This document shows, piece after piece, positions 1 through 9,536 of a stretch of 64,000 nt of DNA. This DNA comes from Acidimicrobiia bacterium. Lineage in GTDB: Bacteria > Actinomycetota > Acidimicrobiia > Spongiisociales > UBA5794. How positions within the stretch are numbered: position 1 is the stretch's first letter; each line of letters opens with the position of its first letter. The DNA lies in the NCBI GenBank assembly GCA_024762335.1, contig JANTHO010000001.1, forward strand, positions 805 to 64,804, read 5' to 3'. The notes below the pieces were generated by a model, which made no database searches, was not told the origin of the DNA, and worked only from the letters and a program-made list of their open reading frames with translations. Made by a program: the position numbers and the translations under genes.

Positions 1-1049
1 GGCGCCTCGGTTGCGCCGTGGCCCTCACCCTCCCGCACCGCATATGGAACGACCCGGGCGACAGGTTGTTCGTACTCATCGATGATCCTGAGCGCCTCCT
101 CGACCGCATACAGTGTCTCGACGCTGCGAACGATGATGCTCTTGAACGGGTTCATGCACACCGGATCGAGTCCGACCTCTCGCGCCATGGTCTGGGCAAG
201 CGGAGTCAGTTTGTCGAAGTTGAGTGCGTACCGGGCGAGCGGACCCACGTGATACGCTCCGCGGTCCCGGATTCGCGAATGCAGCGCGTTCGACCGTTCG
301 ACGTGTTCCTCGACGAAGAAGTCGTTGTACTCGGAGACGGCGATGTCGATTCCCTTGTTCGACACGATGCGCCCCTCGTTGAACGGGTACTCGTCCGGAT
401 GGCTCAGCGACACGAATTCGAAATCCATTTCCGCGTCCGGGAAGTCGAACCCACCGACGAATCGGATCGTCGCGACCGCCGCTTCCCTCGCCCACTCGAG
501 TTCGGGAACGAGTGCCTCCAACTCCTTCTTGGTCGGGGTCCGATAGAACCCGCCGACCTTGACGTTGATCGGATGGATCTCGCGCCCCCCAACCAGGCCA
601 ACGATCGCGTTGCCTGCCTTCTTGAGACGAAGGCCCCGTTCGACGACATCGCGGTGATCCGCCGCCATATGGATACCGCTCTGGTACCCGAGGAAGTCGG
701 GTGCGTGCAACAGGTAGATGTGGAGCGCGTGGCTCTCGATCCACTCGCCGCAGTAGATGAGGCGCCGCAGTTCCCGCAACGAACCCCCGACGGTGACGCC
801 GAGCGCATCCTCCATCGCATGGACGGAACTCATCTGGTAGGCGATGGGGCAGATCCCGCAGATTCGTGCGGTGATGTCCGGAGCGTCCGTGAGCGGGCGG
901 CCGCGCAGGAACGCTTCGAAGAACCGCGGCGGTTCGAAGATGGAGAACTCGACGTGCTCGATGTGGTCGTCGATCACCTCGACCCGCATCGAACCTTCAC
1001 CCTCGACTCGTGCGAGGTATTCGACGGAGATCTCTCTGGCGTTCGTCAT
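1..1049 (-). CDS. [NiFe]-hydrogenase large (alpha) subunit, group 3b-like, partial (C-terminus lies beyond the window start)
   Basis: Absent from the ORF track because it runs off the window. My translation of the minus strand from ATG 1049..1047 gives [25 protein letters not shown]...[29 protein letters not shown]...[16 protein letters not shown], which carries the N-terminal RxCGxC Ni-binding motif. There is an ATGA overlap with the small-subunit stop. The + ORF 18..1079 is its antisense shadow. Confidence 0.9.
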   Translation of the reverse strand, partial: MTNAREISVEYLARVEGEGSMRVEVIDDHIEHVEFSIFEPPRFFEAFLRGRPLTDAPDITARICGICPIAYQMSSVHAMEDALGVTVGGSLRELRRLIYCGEWIESHALHIYLLHAPDFLGYQSGIHMAADHRDVVERGLRLKKAGNAIVGLVGGREIHPINVKVGGFYRTPTKKELEALVPELEWAREAAVATIRFVGGFDFPDAEMDFEFVSLSHPDEYPFNEGRIVSNKGIDIAVSEYNDFFVEEHVERSNALHSRIRDRGAYHVGPLARYALNFDKLTPLAQTMAREVGLDPVCMNPFKSIIVRSVETLYAVEEALRIIDEYEQPVARVVPYAVREGEGHGATEA

Positions 1050-1840
1050 CGCACACCTCCGATCTCGATCGACGTCTGATGCCGGTCGCTCTCCTTGCGG
1101 AACGCATCCGACCAAGCGTTGAAGTTCCTGAACGCGTCGATGAGATCCCGCTCGGAGGCACCCATCGCCTTCCATTGGTCGGCGAGCGATCCCGTGTTCG
1201 GACTCTCCATCGGCCCGAAGCAGCCGAAGCAACCCCGGTCGTAGGTCGGACACAGGGCGTCACATCCCGCCTGCGTCACGGGTCCGAGACACGGTGTGCC
1301 GTGCGCCACCATGACGCACGGATTGCCCTTCAACTTGCACTCGACGCACACGCTGTACGTCGGGACGTTCGGTCGTCGTCCCTGCAGGAACGCCACGAGC
1401 ACCTCGAGCAGTTGATGTTTCGAAACGGGGCAGCCGCGCAGTTCGAAGTCCACGGCAACGTGATCGGCGACCGGTGTCGAAGTCTGCAGTGTCTCGATGT
1501 ATGCGGGGTGGGCGTACACGTATCGCGTGAAGTCGTCGACGTCCTTCCAGTTCCGAAGGGCCTGGATCCCACCGGCGGTCGCGCACGCACCGATCGTGAT
1601 CAAGACACCGGTCTCCTCCCGGATCTGCTTGATCCGTTCGGCGTCGTGCGCCGTCGTGATCGATCCTTCAACGAGGGTCACGTCGTACGGGGGCGGCAAC
1701 ACCTCCCGCGACGCTTCCATGAAATTGGCGATCTGGACCACGCCGGCGACGGCGAGCAGTTCGTCCTCCAGGTCGAGCAGGCTCAGCTGACAGCCGTCGC
1801 ACGAAGCGAACTTGTGAACGGCGAGTGTGGGGAGTGCCAC
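1046..1840 (-). CDS. [NiFe]-hydrogenase small (delta) subunit, group 3b / sulfhydrogenase-type
   Basis: 264-aa ORF with [28 protein letters not shown] and [15 protein letters not shown]...GCFGCFGP Fe-S cysteine motifs typical of cytosolic small subunits. GTG start at 1840, 1 nt after the gamma stop. Its stop overlaps the alpha ATG. Confidence 0.9.
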   Translation of the reverse strand: MALPTLAVHKFASCDGCQLSLLDLEDELLAVAGVVQIANFMEASREVLPPPYDVTLVEGSITTAHDAERIKQIREETGVLITIGACATAGGIQALRNWKDVDDFTRYVYAHPAYIETLQTSTPVADHVAVDFELRGCPVSKHQLLEVLVAFLQGRRPNVPTYSVCVECKLKGNPCVMVAHGTPCLGPVTQAGCDALCPTYDRGCFGCFGPMESPNTGSLADQWKAMGASERDLIDAFRNFNAWSDAFRKESDRHQTSIEIGGVR

Positions 1841-1841
1841 G

Positions 1842-2690
1842 TCATACCTCCCTGGTCCAACAGGCGCCGGTCATGGCGGCGCAACTCAAGACGGGGCCGT
1901 CCTTGCAAACGAAGAACTTCCCCAGCTGGCAGTGTCCGCACAACCCGATGCCACATTTCATGTTGCGTTCCATCGATACGAACAGCCGATCTTCAGTCAT
2001 GCCGGCACGTTCCAACTCCTGGATCGTGAAGCGCATCATGATCTCGGGACCGCAGACCATCGCGACGGCCGTTTCCGGGTCGAACGATGCACGGCCGATG
2101 AGAGAAGTCACGACCCCCACGGGGCCCCGCCATGTTCGGTCTGCGTGGTCGACGGTGATCAGCACCTCGAGGTCGAATCGACCGCGCCACTGCTGAAGTT
2201 GCTCGGCAAACAGCAGATCGCCGGGTGATCGGGCCCCGTACAGCAGCGTTACGTTGTTGTAACGGTCCCGGTGCTCGAGCGTGTGGAGGATCGCCGGTCG
2301 CAATGGCGCGAGCCCGATGCCACCGGTCATGATGATCAGGTCACGCCCCTCTGCGAGTTCCATCGGCCACGCCGTGCCGAACGGACCCCGTACCCCGACG
2401 ACATCGCCGACGGCGACCGACGTGAGAGCGTCGCTCACCGGCCCGACGGCACGGATCGTTTGGACGAGACGGGTCGGATCTCCCGGATCGCCGCTGATCG
2501 AGATCGGCACCTCTCCGACACCGAATGCATAGAGCATCGTGAACTGTCCGGGTACGAACGACCAACCGTCCGAAGGCGGTTCGAGGTCGAGGGTGAACGT
2601 GTCATCGAGTTCGCGCACCACCGAACGAACCCGGCAGGGAACCGGATGCATCGGGCGTGCGGCGGGTTCAGCGAGGAGTTGAGTAGACAT
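1842..2690 (-). CDS. Hydrogenase gamma subunit (FAD/NAD(P)-binding oxidoreductase with C-terminal 2Fe-2S, PyrK/AsrB-like)
   Basis: 282 aa. It has a ferredoxin-reductase-like fold signature ([17 protein letters not shown]) and a C-terminal [10 protein letters not shown]...C cluster. The start is uncertain: ATG 2690 overlaps the upstream gene by 23 nt, and the alternative is ATG 2651. Confidence 0.85.
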   Translation of the reverse strand: MSTQLLAEPAARPMHPVPCRVRSVVRELDDTFTLDLEPPSDGWSFVPGQFTMLYAFGVGEVPISISGDPGDPTRLVQTIRAVGPVSDALTSVAVGDVVGVRGPFGTAWPMELAEGRDLIIMTGGIGLAPLRPAILHTLEHRDRYNNVTLLYGARSPGDLLFAEQLQQWRGRFDLEVLITVDHADRTWRGPVGVVTSLIGRASFDPETAVAMVCGPEIMMRFTIQELERAGMTEDRLFVSMERNMKCGIGLCGHCQLGKFFVCKDGPVLSCAAMTGACWTREV

Positions 2691-3129
2691 CGAGCAACTG
2701 AATTCGTATCGATTGCATGCGGTCGACGAGGATCCTCGTGAACCGTTTCATCAGCTCGAATCCGAGGACGGGGTCCGCCTCGGCAGCGTCCCGGAGACGG
2801 GGACCGTCGAACCGGATCGCCTCCGTATCGCTGTGGACATGGGCATCGAAGTGCCACCGGTATGGCGGGAACATCCACGCCCACCCGAGGATCTCACCGG
2901 CGTGGAGCGTCTGCATGACCTGGGGTCCATGGCCCGGTGTCTGGAGCTCGAGAGCGATATCGCCCCCGAGCAGCAGCCAGCACGCATCGGCATGGCCGCC
3001 CTCCGAAAAGATGGTCTGCCCCTCCCGGTACGACACGGGTGTGCCCGTATCTGCCACGACACGGACCTGCTCGGCGGACATCCCTTTGAAGAAGGGGTGT
3101 TCGACGAGGAGGTCGAACACTTCGCTCAT
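2668..3129 (-). CDS. Cyclic-nucleotide-binding-like (Crp/Fnr effector-domain-only) protein embedded in the hydrogenase operon
   Basis: Internal ATG 3129 of ORF 2668..3498 gives 153 aa: [27 protein letters not shown]...[27 protein letters not shown]...AGEILGW. The ATGA overlap with the beta-subunit stop (3126) supports this start. No HTH domain follows. Confidence 0.75.
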   Translation of the reverse strand: MSEVFDLLVEHPFFKGMSAEQVRVVADTGTPVSYREGQTIFSEGGHADACWLLLGGDIALELQTPGHGPQVMQTLHAGEILGWAWMFPPYRWHFDAHVHSDTEAIRFDGPRLRDAAEADPVLGFELMKRFTRILVDRMQSIRIQLLDVYSTPR

Positions 3130-4274
3130 TCGAGAACCTCCTTGACACTCGGGATACCGACGGCGACCTTGCGGATGTCCCGCTCCCGGACCGCAGCCGC
3201 TTCTTGTGTGATGTCGATTCCGACCGGGCACCAGGTGATGCATCGCCCGCATCCCACACATCCGAAGGATCCGAACTGGTCTTGCCAGGTCGACAGTTTG
3301 TGTGTGATCCACTGCCGGTACCGGGCGCCGGGCGATGAGCGGACGGGGCCGCCGTGGATGTAGGAGAAGTCGAGCGTGAAGCACGAATCCCACGTTCTGA
3401 CACGCTCCGCGCTCGAACCGTCGAGCGCCTGGCGATCCTCCACCGTCGAGCAGAAACAGGTCGGACAGACCATGGTGCAATTCGTACACGTCAGACACCG
3501 GTTACCGATCTCGTTCCAGATCGAATTCGCGAGATTCGCCGAAAGGAGCTCCTGCAGTCCGTCGGTTTCGAGTGAGCGACCCATGTGGTCGCTGGCGTGA
3601 ACGACGAGACGCCTCGCCCCGACGACCTCTTCATCGTGGGCCGGGCGGGCGGACAGGTCGGCGAGTACGTCCTCACCGATGTCCGTTCCGGCCTCGGCGA
3701 GAAAGAAGTGATGTTCGCCGCTGAGCACCTCAGTGAGCGCGATGTCGTATCCGTCGGACACGGCCGGTCCGGTACCGAGCGACGCGCAGAAGCACGTGGC
3801 GGCCGGCTCAGTGCAATTCACCGCCACGGTGAACGATCGCTCTCTCCGTTCGGTGTACACGCCGTCGCCGACCGGGAGGTACACATCATCCTGGACCCGC
3901 ATCGCAGCCACCTCGCAGGGGCGGGCCCCGAAGAAGGCATGCCTCGGCGGAGGGTCAGCCTCCACCGTCTCGAATCCGTCCTCGGTGCGGAGTCCCTTCC
4001 AGAACACCGTCCCGGGCGGAGTCAGGTACTTCTTGAAGGACTGCGGCCCGACGACGTATCCGAACAGAGCATCGTCGCCCCGTTCCTCGAGCCGGTAGGA
4101 GCCGGCTTCCTGTCGATCGCGTATCCCGACCGGGAGATCCTCCGTCGAGGTGATCGTGTCGTAGAGGATCGTCTGACCGCGGACGGTCGGTCCGACGACC
4201 TCGTATCCCCGATCGATGAGTACTGCGATGAGGGCGTCGACGCCCTGGCGGTCGATGACGAGTGGTTCGCTCAC
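3126..4274 (-). CDS. Hydrogenase beta subunit (4Fe-4S protein, AsrA / sulfhydrogenase HydB-like)
   Basis: The C-terminal part carries [16 protein letters not shown] and [12 protein letters not shown] ferredoxin-type motifs. I chose GTG 4274 ([11 protein letters not shown]...), which follows AGGATGGAG. The longer ATG 4517 start would run across the divergent PAC2 gene start and has non-coding-like composition. Confidence 0.8.
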   Translation of the reverse strand: MSEPLVIDRQGVDALIAVLIDRGYEVVGPTVRGQTILYDTITSTEDLPVGIRDRQEAGSYRLEERGDDALFGYVVGPQSFKKYLTPPGTVFWKGLRTEDGFETVEADPPPRHAFFGARPCEVAAMRVQDDVYLPVGDGVYTERRERSFTVAVNCTEPAATCFCASLGTGPAVSDGYDIALTEVLSGEHHFFLAEAGTDIGEDVLADLSARPAHDEEVVGARRLVVHASDHMGRSLETDGLQELLSANLANSIWNEIGNRCLTCTNCTMVCPTCFCSTVEDRQALDGSSAERVRTWDSCFTLDFSYIHGGPVRSSPGARYRQWITHKLSTWQDQFGSFGCVGCGRCITWCPVGIDITQEAAAVRERDIRKVAVGIPSVKEVLE

Positions 4275-4414
4275 GGCTCCATCCTGGGGTGCTGCCGAAC
4301 ACGCTACGCTCGGAGACCGAGGCGGTATAGGGCCGGAGGTCGGAGGCGGAGGGCCGTTCGGCCCTATCGCGGTTCTGATGAGCGCTACGACTCCTGCCCG
4401 ATAGCCTTCCCGTC

Positions 4415-5254
4415 GTGGACCCCGTACGACGTTTGACCAGGCCCTCGCTTCGCCGCCCGAAGGCGGTGCTCGCGTTTGAAGGGTGGAACGATGCCTGTGA
4501 CGCTGCCTCGGGTGCACTCCGGCACCTCCTCGAACGTCGCGGCATCACACGCCCGTTCGCCATCATCGAACCGGAAGAGTTCTTCGACTTCCAGGAACAC
4601 CGACCGCAGGTCACCGTCTTCAACGGAGCCATCGAGTCGATGAAGTGGCCCGATACCCGCTTCTACGCGGTCGAGCGGCCCGAGCAGGATCACGATCTCG
4701 TGGTCGTCGTTGGTGAGGAGCCGACATTCCGGTGGAAGACATTCGCCCGAACCGTCGTTGCCGTGCTCGCCGATGCGGGTGTGGAATCGGCCACGATGCT
4801 CGGTGCATACATCGGTTCGGTCACGCACTCTGGTCCGGTGCCGATCACGGGTGTCGCCACCGACCGATCAGAGCTCGCCGGGATTGGCATCCGCTCCACC
4901 GACTATGAGGGTCCGAGTGGGATCGTCGCCGTCCTCGGAGAAGCATGCAGGGAGACGGGCATTCCGGCGACGAGTATCTGGGCGGCAACGCCGCACTATC
5001 TCGCCGCGAACCCGAATCCGATGGCCATGCGCGCCTTGCTCGTCGAGGCAGGCCGCATCGTCGGCTTCGACGGTGACAGCGATGAACTCCGCCGCATGGA
5101 GGACGAGTTCATCGTTCAGGTCGATGAGGCGGTCGCCGAGTCGGAAGATCTCGCCGAGTACGTGCAGGAGATCTCGGAACACCGACGTTCGATCGATCCC
5201 GGTCGATCCGAAGAGTTGGTCGACGAGATCGAACGCTTCCTCAAAGACGTTTGA
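4415..5254 (+). CDS. PAC2 (proteasome assembly chaperone 2-like) family protein
   Basis: 279 aa with AFEGWNDACDAASGA and GPSGIVAVL motifs, as in actinobacterial PAC2 proteins. GTG start. Confidence 0.75.
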   Translation: MDPVRRLTRPSLRRPKAVLAFEGWNDACDAASGALRHLLERRGITRPFAIIEPEEFFDFQEHRPQVTVFNGAIESMKWPDTRFYAVERPEQDHDLVVVVGEEPTFRWKTFARTVVAVLADAGVESATMLGAYIGSVTHSGPVPITGVATDRSELAGIGIRSTDYEGPSGIVAVLGEACRETGIPATSIWAATPHYLAANPNPMAMRALLVEAGRIVGFDGDSDELRRMEDEFIVQVDEAVAESEDLAEYVQEISEHRRSIDPGRSEELVDEIERFLKDV

Positions 5255-5308
5255 TCCCGGAACGAACATCGCCCACGGTGTCCGTGGGCGATGCGAGTGA
5301 CTGCGTCT

Positions 5309-5401
5309 CTACTTCTTGGTCTTGTGCCGATTCGCCTTGACGCGCTTGCGGTACTTGTGCTTGCTCATCTTTTTCCGACGCTTCTTGATCAGCGAACCCA
5401 T
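5309..5401 (-). CDS. Ribosomal protein bS22 (actinobacterial 30-aa basic peptide)
   Basis: Below the ORF-track size cutoff. The minus strand encodes MGSLIKKRRKKMSKHKYRKRVKANRHKTKK, which closely resembles the mycobacterial bS22 pattern MGSVIKKRRKRM.KKKHRK. Confidence 0.8.
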   Translation of the reverse strand: MGSLIKKRRKKMSKHKYRKRVKANRHKTKK

Positions 5402-5556
5402 GCAGAAGACCTCATCTCAACGATATCGGGGACCGGTTCCGGCGGCGGCAAGGCCGGGCCGGAGCCCATAAGGCCCCCGGAGGATAGGCAACTCTGCGAA
5501 CAGATGTCACCCCGGGAGCCGGATGGCCCCGTTGAAACCTCCCCTACAATTCACCG

Positions 5557-6336
5557 ATGCACCCGATCATCGGCGTCACCGCCCAACAGAAGATGGCGAT
5601 CAGTTCCAACGGCGAACTCGAATCGCAGGTCGTCGGCCACACCTACACGGACTCCGTCCTGCGCGCCGGCGGCCTCCCGGTCGTACTCCCCCCGCTCCCT
5701 GAAGCCGACGTGCCGGCTCTCATCGACCGTCTCGACGGCATCGTGTTCACCGGCGGCGGCGACATTGAGCCGTGGCGCTACGGCGAGGAGCCACACGAGT
5801 CGATCCGCAAGACCAACACGGGCCGTGACGAGTTCGAACTCGCGCTGGCTCGCGAGGCACGGAAGCGACGCATGCCCGTCCTCGCCATCTGTCGCGGCAT
5901 CCAGATCTTCAACGTCGCGTTCGGCGGAACCCTCTACCAGGACATTCCGTCGATGCTCGGATCGGCGGACCACATGATGAAGGGCGAGACCGTTTTCGAC
6001 GGCCATCAACGCGTGACCGTGGAGTCCGATTCTTTCATAGCGAAAGCGATCGGATCGACCGACCTGTGCGTCAACTCGATCCACCACCAGGCCATCAAGG
6101 ACCTCGCTCCGGGGTACCGGCCGGTCGCCTGGTCGGAGTGCGGCATCATCGAGGGGATCCAGCACGAAGACGACGAATGGCCGCTCCTCGCCGTCCAATG
6201 GCATCCCGAGTTCCTCAGCGAGGCCGGCGATGAAGCGTCACGAAATCTGTTCGCGGCGTTCGTCGATTCGGTGAACGTCTCCAGACTCGCCGCCGCAGGT
6301 ACGAATCGGTCTGAGGCTCAGATCAGCCCGTCGTAG
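5557..6336 (+). CDS. Gamma-glutamyl-gamma-aminobutyrate hydrolase-like class I glutamine amidotransferase (peptidase C26)
   Basis: 259 aa. GGGDI, the LAICRGIQ nucleophile-Cys elbow and the HHQA / WHPE motifs are present. Confidence 0.8.
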   Translation: MHPIIGVTAQQKMAISSNGELESQVVGHTYTDSVLRAGGLPVVLPPLPEADVPALIDRLDGIVFTGGGDIEPWRYGEEPHESIRKTNTGRDEFELALAREARKRRMPVLAICRGIQIFNVAFGGTLYQDIPSMLGSADHMMKGETVFDGHQRVTVESDSFIAKAIGSTDLCVNSIHHQAIKDLAPGYRPVAWSECGIIEGIQHEDDEWPLLAVQWHPEFLSEAGDEASRNLFAAFVDSVNVSRLAAAGTNRSEAQISPS

Positions 6337-7154
6337 TCGACGCTCAGCACGGCCAGCCGGCCCGCATCGCCGAGCACAGAAGCCATCGCTTCCACCACGG
6401 CATCTCGCGTGTCCGCTGTGGCGAGAGCGAGAGTGGTCGGGCCCGCTCCAGACCAGGAGGCGTGCAGCGCACCGGCGTCCCGCGCTGCCTCCATCATCCG
6501 ACCGGTCACCGGCGACAACGCTGCACGCGGTTGTTCGTGGAACTCGTCACCTGCAGCCTGCGCGAACGCATCCGGATCGCCGGTTCGCAGCGCTTCGACG
6601 AGCAGCACGGCGCGTGACACGTTCCGTGTGGCGGTCGCCAGGGGGACGGTGCGGGGTACGACCTCACGCGCACGCTTCGTCGACAGCCGGGCGTTGGGGA
6701 TTCCGACGACGGGAACGAGCACATCGTTGATTTCGAGGCCATACGGCCCGTTCGGGCCGACGGCCATGAGTCCGCCCCACACGGCAGGGGCGGCGTTGTC
6801 GCCGTGCCCTTCTACGCCGGTGACGATCTCGTAGATCCGTTGCCGTTCCGGTTCGACCCCGGTCGCCCGTTGCACCGCCGCTGCGGCCGCGGCGGTGACG
6901 GCGGAAGACGAACCGAGACCGCGGGCCCGCGGCACGTCGTTGTAGACCGTCAGCGCCATCGGCTTTCCCACGGCGGCCGCGACCACGTCGTACAGCATGT
7001 CACCCGCATGGAGATCAACCGGCCCATCGCCATCGTCCACCGTCATCCGGTCCGATGGTCTCGCTTCCACGGTGCACCGCAGGTCGAGAGCGAGACCGAG
7101 TACGTCGAATCCCGGTCCGAGGTTGCCCGACGACGCCGACGCCGAAGCCCTCAT
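6318..7154 (-). CDS. thrB: Homoserine kinase
   Basis: 278 aa. The N-terminal ASSGNLGPGFDVLGLAL and the GHMP-kinase motif PRARGLGSSSA are present. The start overlaps the CDF stop (ATGA). Confidence 0.85.
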   Translation of the reverse strand: MRASASASSGNLGPGFDVLGLALDLRCTVEARPSDRMTVDDGDGPVDLHAGDMLYDVVAAAVGKPMALTVYNDVPRARGLGSSSAVTAAAAAAVQRATGVEPERQRIYEIVTGVEGHGDNAAPAVWGGLMAVGPNGPYGLEINDVLVPVVGIPNARLSTKRAREVVPRTVPLATATRNVSRAVLLVEALRTGDPDAFAQAAGDEFHEQPRAALSPVTGRMMEAARDAGALHASWSGAGPTTLALATADTRDAVVEAMASVLGDAGRLAVLSVDYDGLI

Positions 7155-8062
7155 CGATCGACCGGCTCGATGAAGATACGCGTCGCCTCCGGGACCGCTT
7201 CGCTGATCTTCTCCTCGATCTCGACGATGGCCGATTCGAGAGCGTCGCCGGTGATCCCCTCATCGAAGTCGATGTCCATGGTCACGAGGACCTCGTCCGG
7301 AGCGAGCTGCATCGTCAGAAGGCGGTCGACGGTCTTCACTTCACCGACGGAGTACGCCGCCGCCCGGATCTTCGCCCGATCTTCGCGATTCGCAGACTCG
7401 CCGATCAGGAGCGACTTCATCTCGACGGCGAGGAGCCAGGCGACACCTGCGAGCAGCACGCCGATCAGGATCGACGCGACGCCGTCCCATCGGACATCGC
7501 CGGTGAGCTTGGCGAGCGTCAGGCCGATCGCCGCGATCGCCAGCCCCACCATGGCCGCACTGTCTTCGAACAGCACCACGAGAAGCGACGGATCTTTGGA
7601 CTCCCTCACCGTCTTGGCGAGACCCCGGCCGGATCGCTGCCTGTTGAATTCCTTGAGGGCGGGTCGGAACGCAATGAAGCCCTCGAAGAACGCCGCGATC
7701 GCCAGAACCGCCATCGAAAGCCAGAAACCTCCTTCGGCATGATCGGCCGCGTGCCGCACCTTGTCGACACCGGCCACGATCGAGAGCACCGAACCGCCGA
7801 CGAAGAGGAACACGGCGACCATGAAGCTCCAGAAGTAGATCTCCATGCCCCGTCCGTATGGATGCTGGACGCTCGCATCGTATCGCGAAGCAGCGTGGCC
7901 CCGGAGGAGGAACAACTGGTTCCCCGAGTCGGCCAACGAGTGGATCCCCTCGGACAGCATTGCGGAACTGCCGGAGAACGCCGCGGCAACGAACTTCGTG
8001 ACGGCGATACCGACGTTCGCGACGAGCGCGAGATACACGATCTTCTTGGATTCCGAAGCCAT
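7151..8062 (-). CDS. Cation diffusion facilitator (CDF) family metal efflux transporter
   Basis: The internal ATG 8062 (MASESKKIVYLALVANVGIAV...SEGIHSLADSGNQ) gives about 303 aa with six hydrophobic segments and a C-terminal cytoplasmic domain. The upstream part of ORF 7151..8446 looks non-coding. Confidence 0.8.
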   Translation of the reverse strand: MASESKKIVYLALVANVGIAVTKFVAAAFSGSSAMLSEGIHSLADSGNQLFLLRGHAASRYDASVQHPYGRGMEIYFWSFMVAVFLFVGGSVLSIVAGVDKVRHAADHAEGGFWLSMAVLAIAAFFEGFIAFRPALKEFNRQRSGRGLAKTVRESKDPSLLVVLFEDSAAMVGLAIAAIGLTLAKLTGDVRWDGVASILIGVLLAGVAWLLAVEMKSLLIGESANREDRAKIRAAAYSVGEVKTVDRLLTMQLAPDEVLVTMDIDFDEGITGDALESAIVEIEEKISEAVPEATRIFIEPVDR

Positions 8063-8157
8063 GGCGGAGAGCGTAGTCTCCGTCGCACACACGCACAGCC
8101 CGGCGGTACGCGGCCGTGGGGGCCAACACGAGCCGTACGTCGATAATCGGACGGCAA

Positions 8158-9078
8158 TCAGACGGAGACGAGTTCCTGTGTCGTCGTGTCCTCTGCCGGA
8201 GTACTCCTGATTCTCGGCGCACGGAGCGGCCTGCGGACGATCCATATCGCCGACGCCACGGCTGCCGCTAGACCTGCGGCTATCAGGAACACGTCGAGGT
8301 TGCTCTCGACCAGGATCGCTCCGCTCCGCCGCAGCGGCGATCGGCCTCCATCCGGATCCAGAGCCCAGCCGCCGATACGGAACAGCACCGAAAACGACAA
8401 CGCTGAAAAGGCGATGCGCGTCGCAAGCGAGCGAGTCATGGCCCATCGCTCCTCCGAGACCGCGATCGCCAGCGCTCCGGCGAGGGCGAGCATGGCGGCG
8501 GCAATGAGGACACCGGTGGTCAACACTGCTCTCGCCTGCTCCGTCACGGTGCCGACCGGGATGGCCTCCCCGGCGTCCAACGGGACGGAATCGAGCGAGT
8601 CGACGGCTGCGTCCACCGTACCCGCCGGCACATCGAGACCCTGCGTCTCGAGCTCCGACACCACCATTGGAACGAGCGGCGACAGCGCCGCTTGCACATC
8701 GATTGTCGGGTTCGACCCGGGTGGTGCGACGAGCGCTGCAACGACATCATCCACGATCGCGTCAACGGCATCGACCGCCTCCGGACGGCTTCGTACCTCG
8801 GCGAGCACCCGGTTGGCGTCCTCTTCGCTGATTCCGGTTGTCGAAGCCAGGCCCTCCCCGACCCATTCGTACACGCGGTCGGTAACGATGTCGGCCGAGA
8901 GTGCCGCTTCGGTCGATCGGCTGATCGTGTCGTGGTCGACGGTCACGGCACGACCCCAGAGACCGACGAGAAGCAACGTGGTCGACAGTCCGAAGACCCA
9001 CAGGATCCAGGGCAGGGCAAGCCGGCGGGCTACCAGTGCTCGGCCCGGTTTCGATGATGTTTCGTATGAGCGGTTCAT
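8158..9078 (-). CDS. Hypothetical integral membrane protein
   Basis: An N-terminal TM segment (LALPWILWVFGLSTTLLLVGLWG) precedes a soluble Asp/Ala/Val-rich region and then 3 C-terminal TM segments. I recognised no family motif. Start is ATG 9078 or GTG 9102. Confidence 0.55.
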   Translation of the reverse strand: MNRSYETSSKPGRALVARRLALPWILWVFGLSTTLLLVGLWGRAVTVDHDTISRSTEAALSADIVTDRVYEWVGEGLASTTGISEEDANRVLAEVRSRPEAVDAVDAIVDDVVAALVAPPGSNPTIDVQAALSPLVPMVVSELETQGLDVPAGTVDAAVDSLDSVPLDAGEAIPVGTVTEQARAVLTTGVLIAAAMLALAGALAIAVSEERWAMTRSLATRIAFSALSFSVLFRIGGWALDPDGGRSPLRRSGAILVESNLDVFLIAAGLAAAVASAIWIVRRPLRAPRIRSTPAEDTTTQELVSV

Positions 9079-9160
9079 CAACAACGCCCCCGGATCGCAC
9101 ACGGGGGCTTGTCATCAGGGTATCGAGAACTGGTGCTACGACTCCGGGACTCTGGCTACC

Positions 9161-9394
9161 GTGTCCGCCGTGAACGGAACCGACATCGCCGAGATCCTCG
9201 ACCTGGACCAGTTGTTGGTGCTGATGGTGCTCGCCATCGGTGTCGCCATGGTCGCCGGGAACGTCTTCGCGATCTTTCAGCATCACCGCGGCCGGAAACC
9301 GGAGGGAGAGGAGGGCGAGTTCCGTGCCGGTCGCGCCTACTGGCTCCTCGCCGTCGGATTGATCATGACGCTCTGGGGGGCAGTGAGCCTCTGA
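9161..9394 (+). CDS. Small two-TM membrane protein (about 77 aa), hypothetical
   Basis: The C-terminal tail of the otherwise antisense ORF 8186..9394 has strong GC3 bias and reads VSAVNGTDIAEILDLDQLLVLMVLAIGVAMVAGNVFAIF...AYWLLAVGLIMTLWGAVSL. GTG 9161 or 9170 is a possible start. No clear SD. Confidence 0.45.
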   Translation: MSAVNGTDIAEILDLDQLLVLMVLAIGVAMVAGNVFAIFQHHRGRKPEGEEGEFRAGRAYWLLAVGLIMTLWGAVSL

Positions 9395-9432
9395 CGCTCC
9401 AGAAGTGCAACGGGGGTACACTCACGGGACCC

Positions 9433-9506
9433 GCGGGTGTAGTTCAATGGCAGAACATCAGCTTCCCAAGCTGAATACGGGGGTTCGATTCCCCTCACCC
9501 GCTCCA
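9433..9506 (+). tRNA. tRNA-Gly (anticodon CCC), CCA encoded
   Basis: Folded by hand: acceptor GCGGGTG/CACCCGC, D arm GTTC..GAAC, anticodon stem TCAGC/GCTGA with loop TTCCCAA, T arm GGGGG-TTCGATT-CCCCT, and 3' TCCA. Confidence 0.9.
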
Positions 9507-9536
9507 CACGCCGAGGAGAGAGGCGAACGGCGCCGC

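Noticed and set aside
18-1079. 353-aa + strand ORF at the window start
   Set aside because: Its Asp/Arg/Val-rich, low-complexity composition is typical of the antisense frame of a high-GC gene. The minus strand here encodes a clean [NiFe]-hydrogenase large subunit with the RICGICP motif.
3126-4517. Full 463-aa version of the hydrogenase beta ORF starting at ATG 4517
   Set aside because: The first ~80 codons (Arg/Pro/Gly-rich) cross the divergent PAC2 start and the promoter region. GTG 4274 with an upstream GGAG gives a protein that starts where sequence quality begins.
5291-5977. 228-aa + ORF spanning the bS22 locus and the amidotransferase 5' end
   Set aside because: It is out of frame with the well-supported amidotransferase (5557..6336). 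It overlaps the bS22 gene on the opposite strand and its composition is non-coding-like.
8186-9160. Bulk of the 402-aa + ORF 8186..9394
   Set aside because: It is Ser/Thr/Ala/Arg-rich and antisense to the membrane-protein gene 8158..9078. Only the last ~77 codons, outside that gene, look coding.
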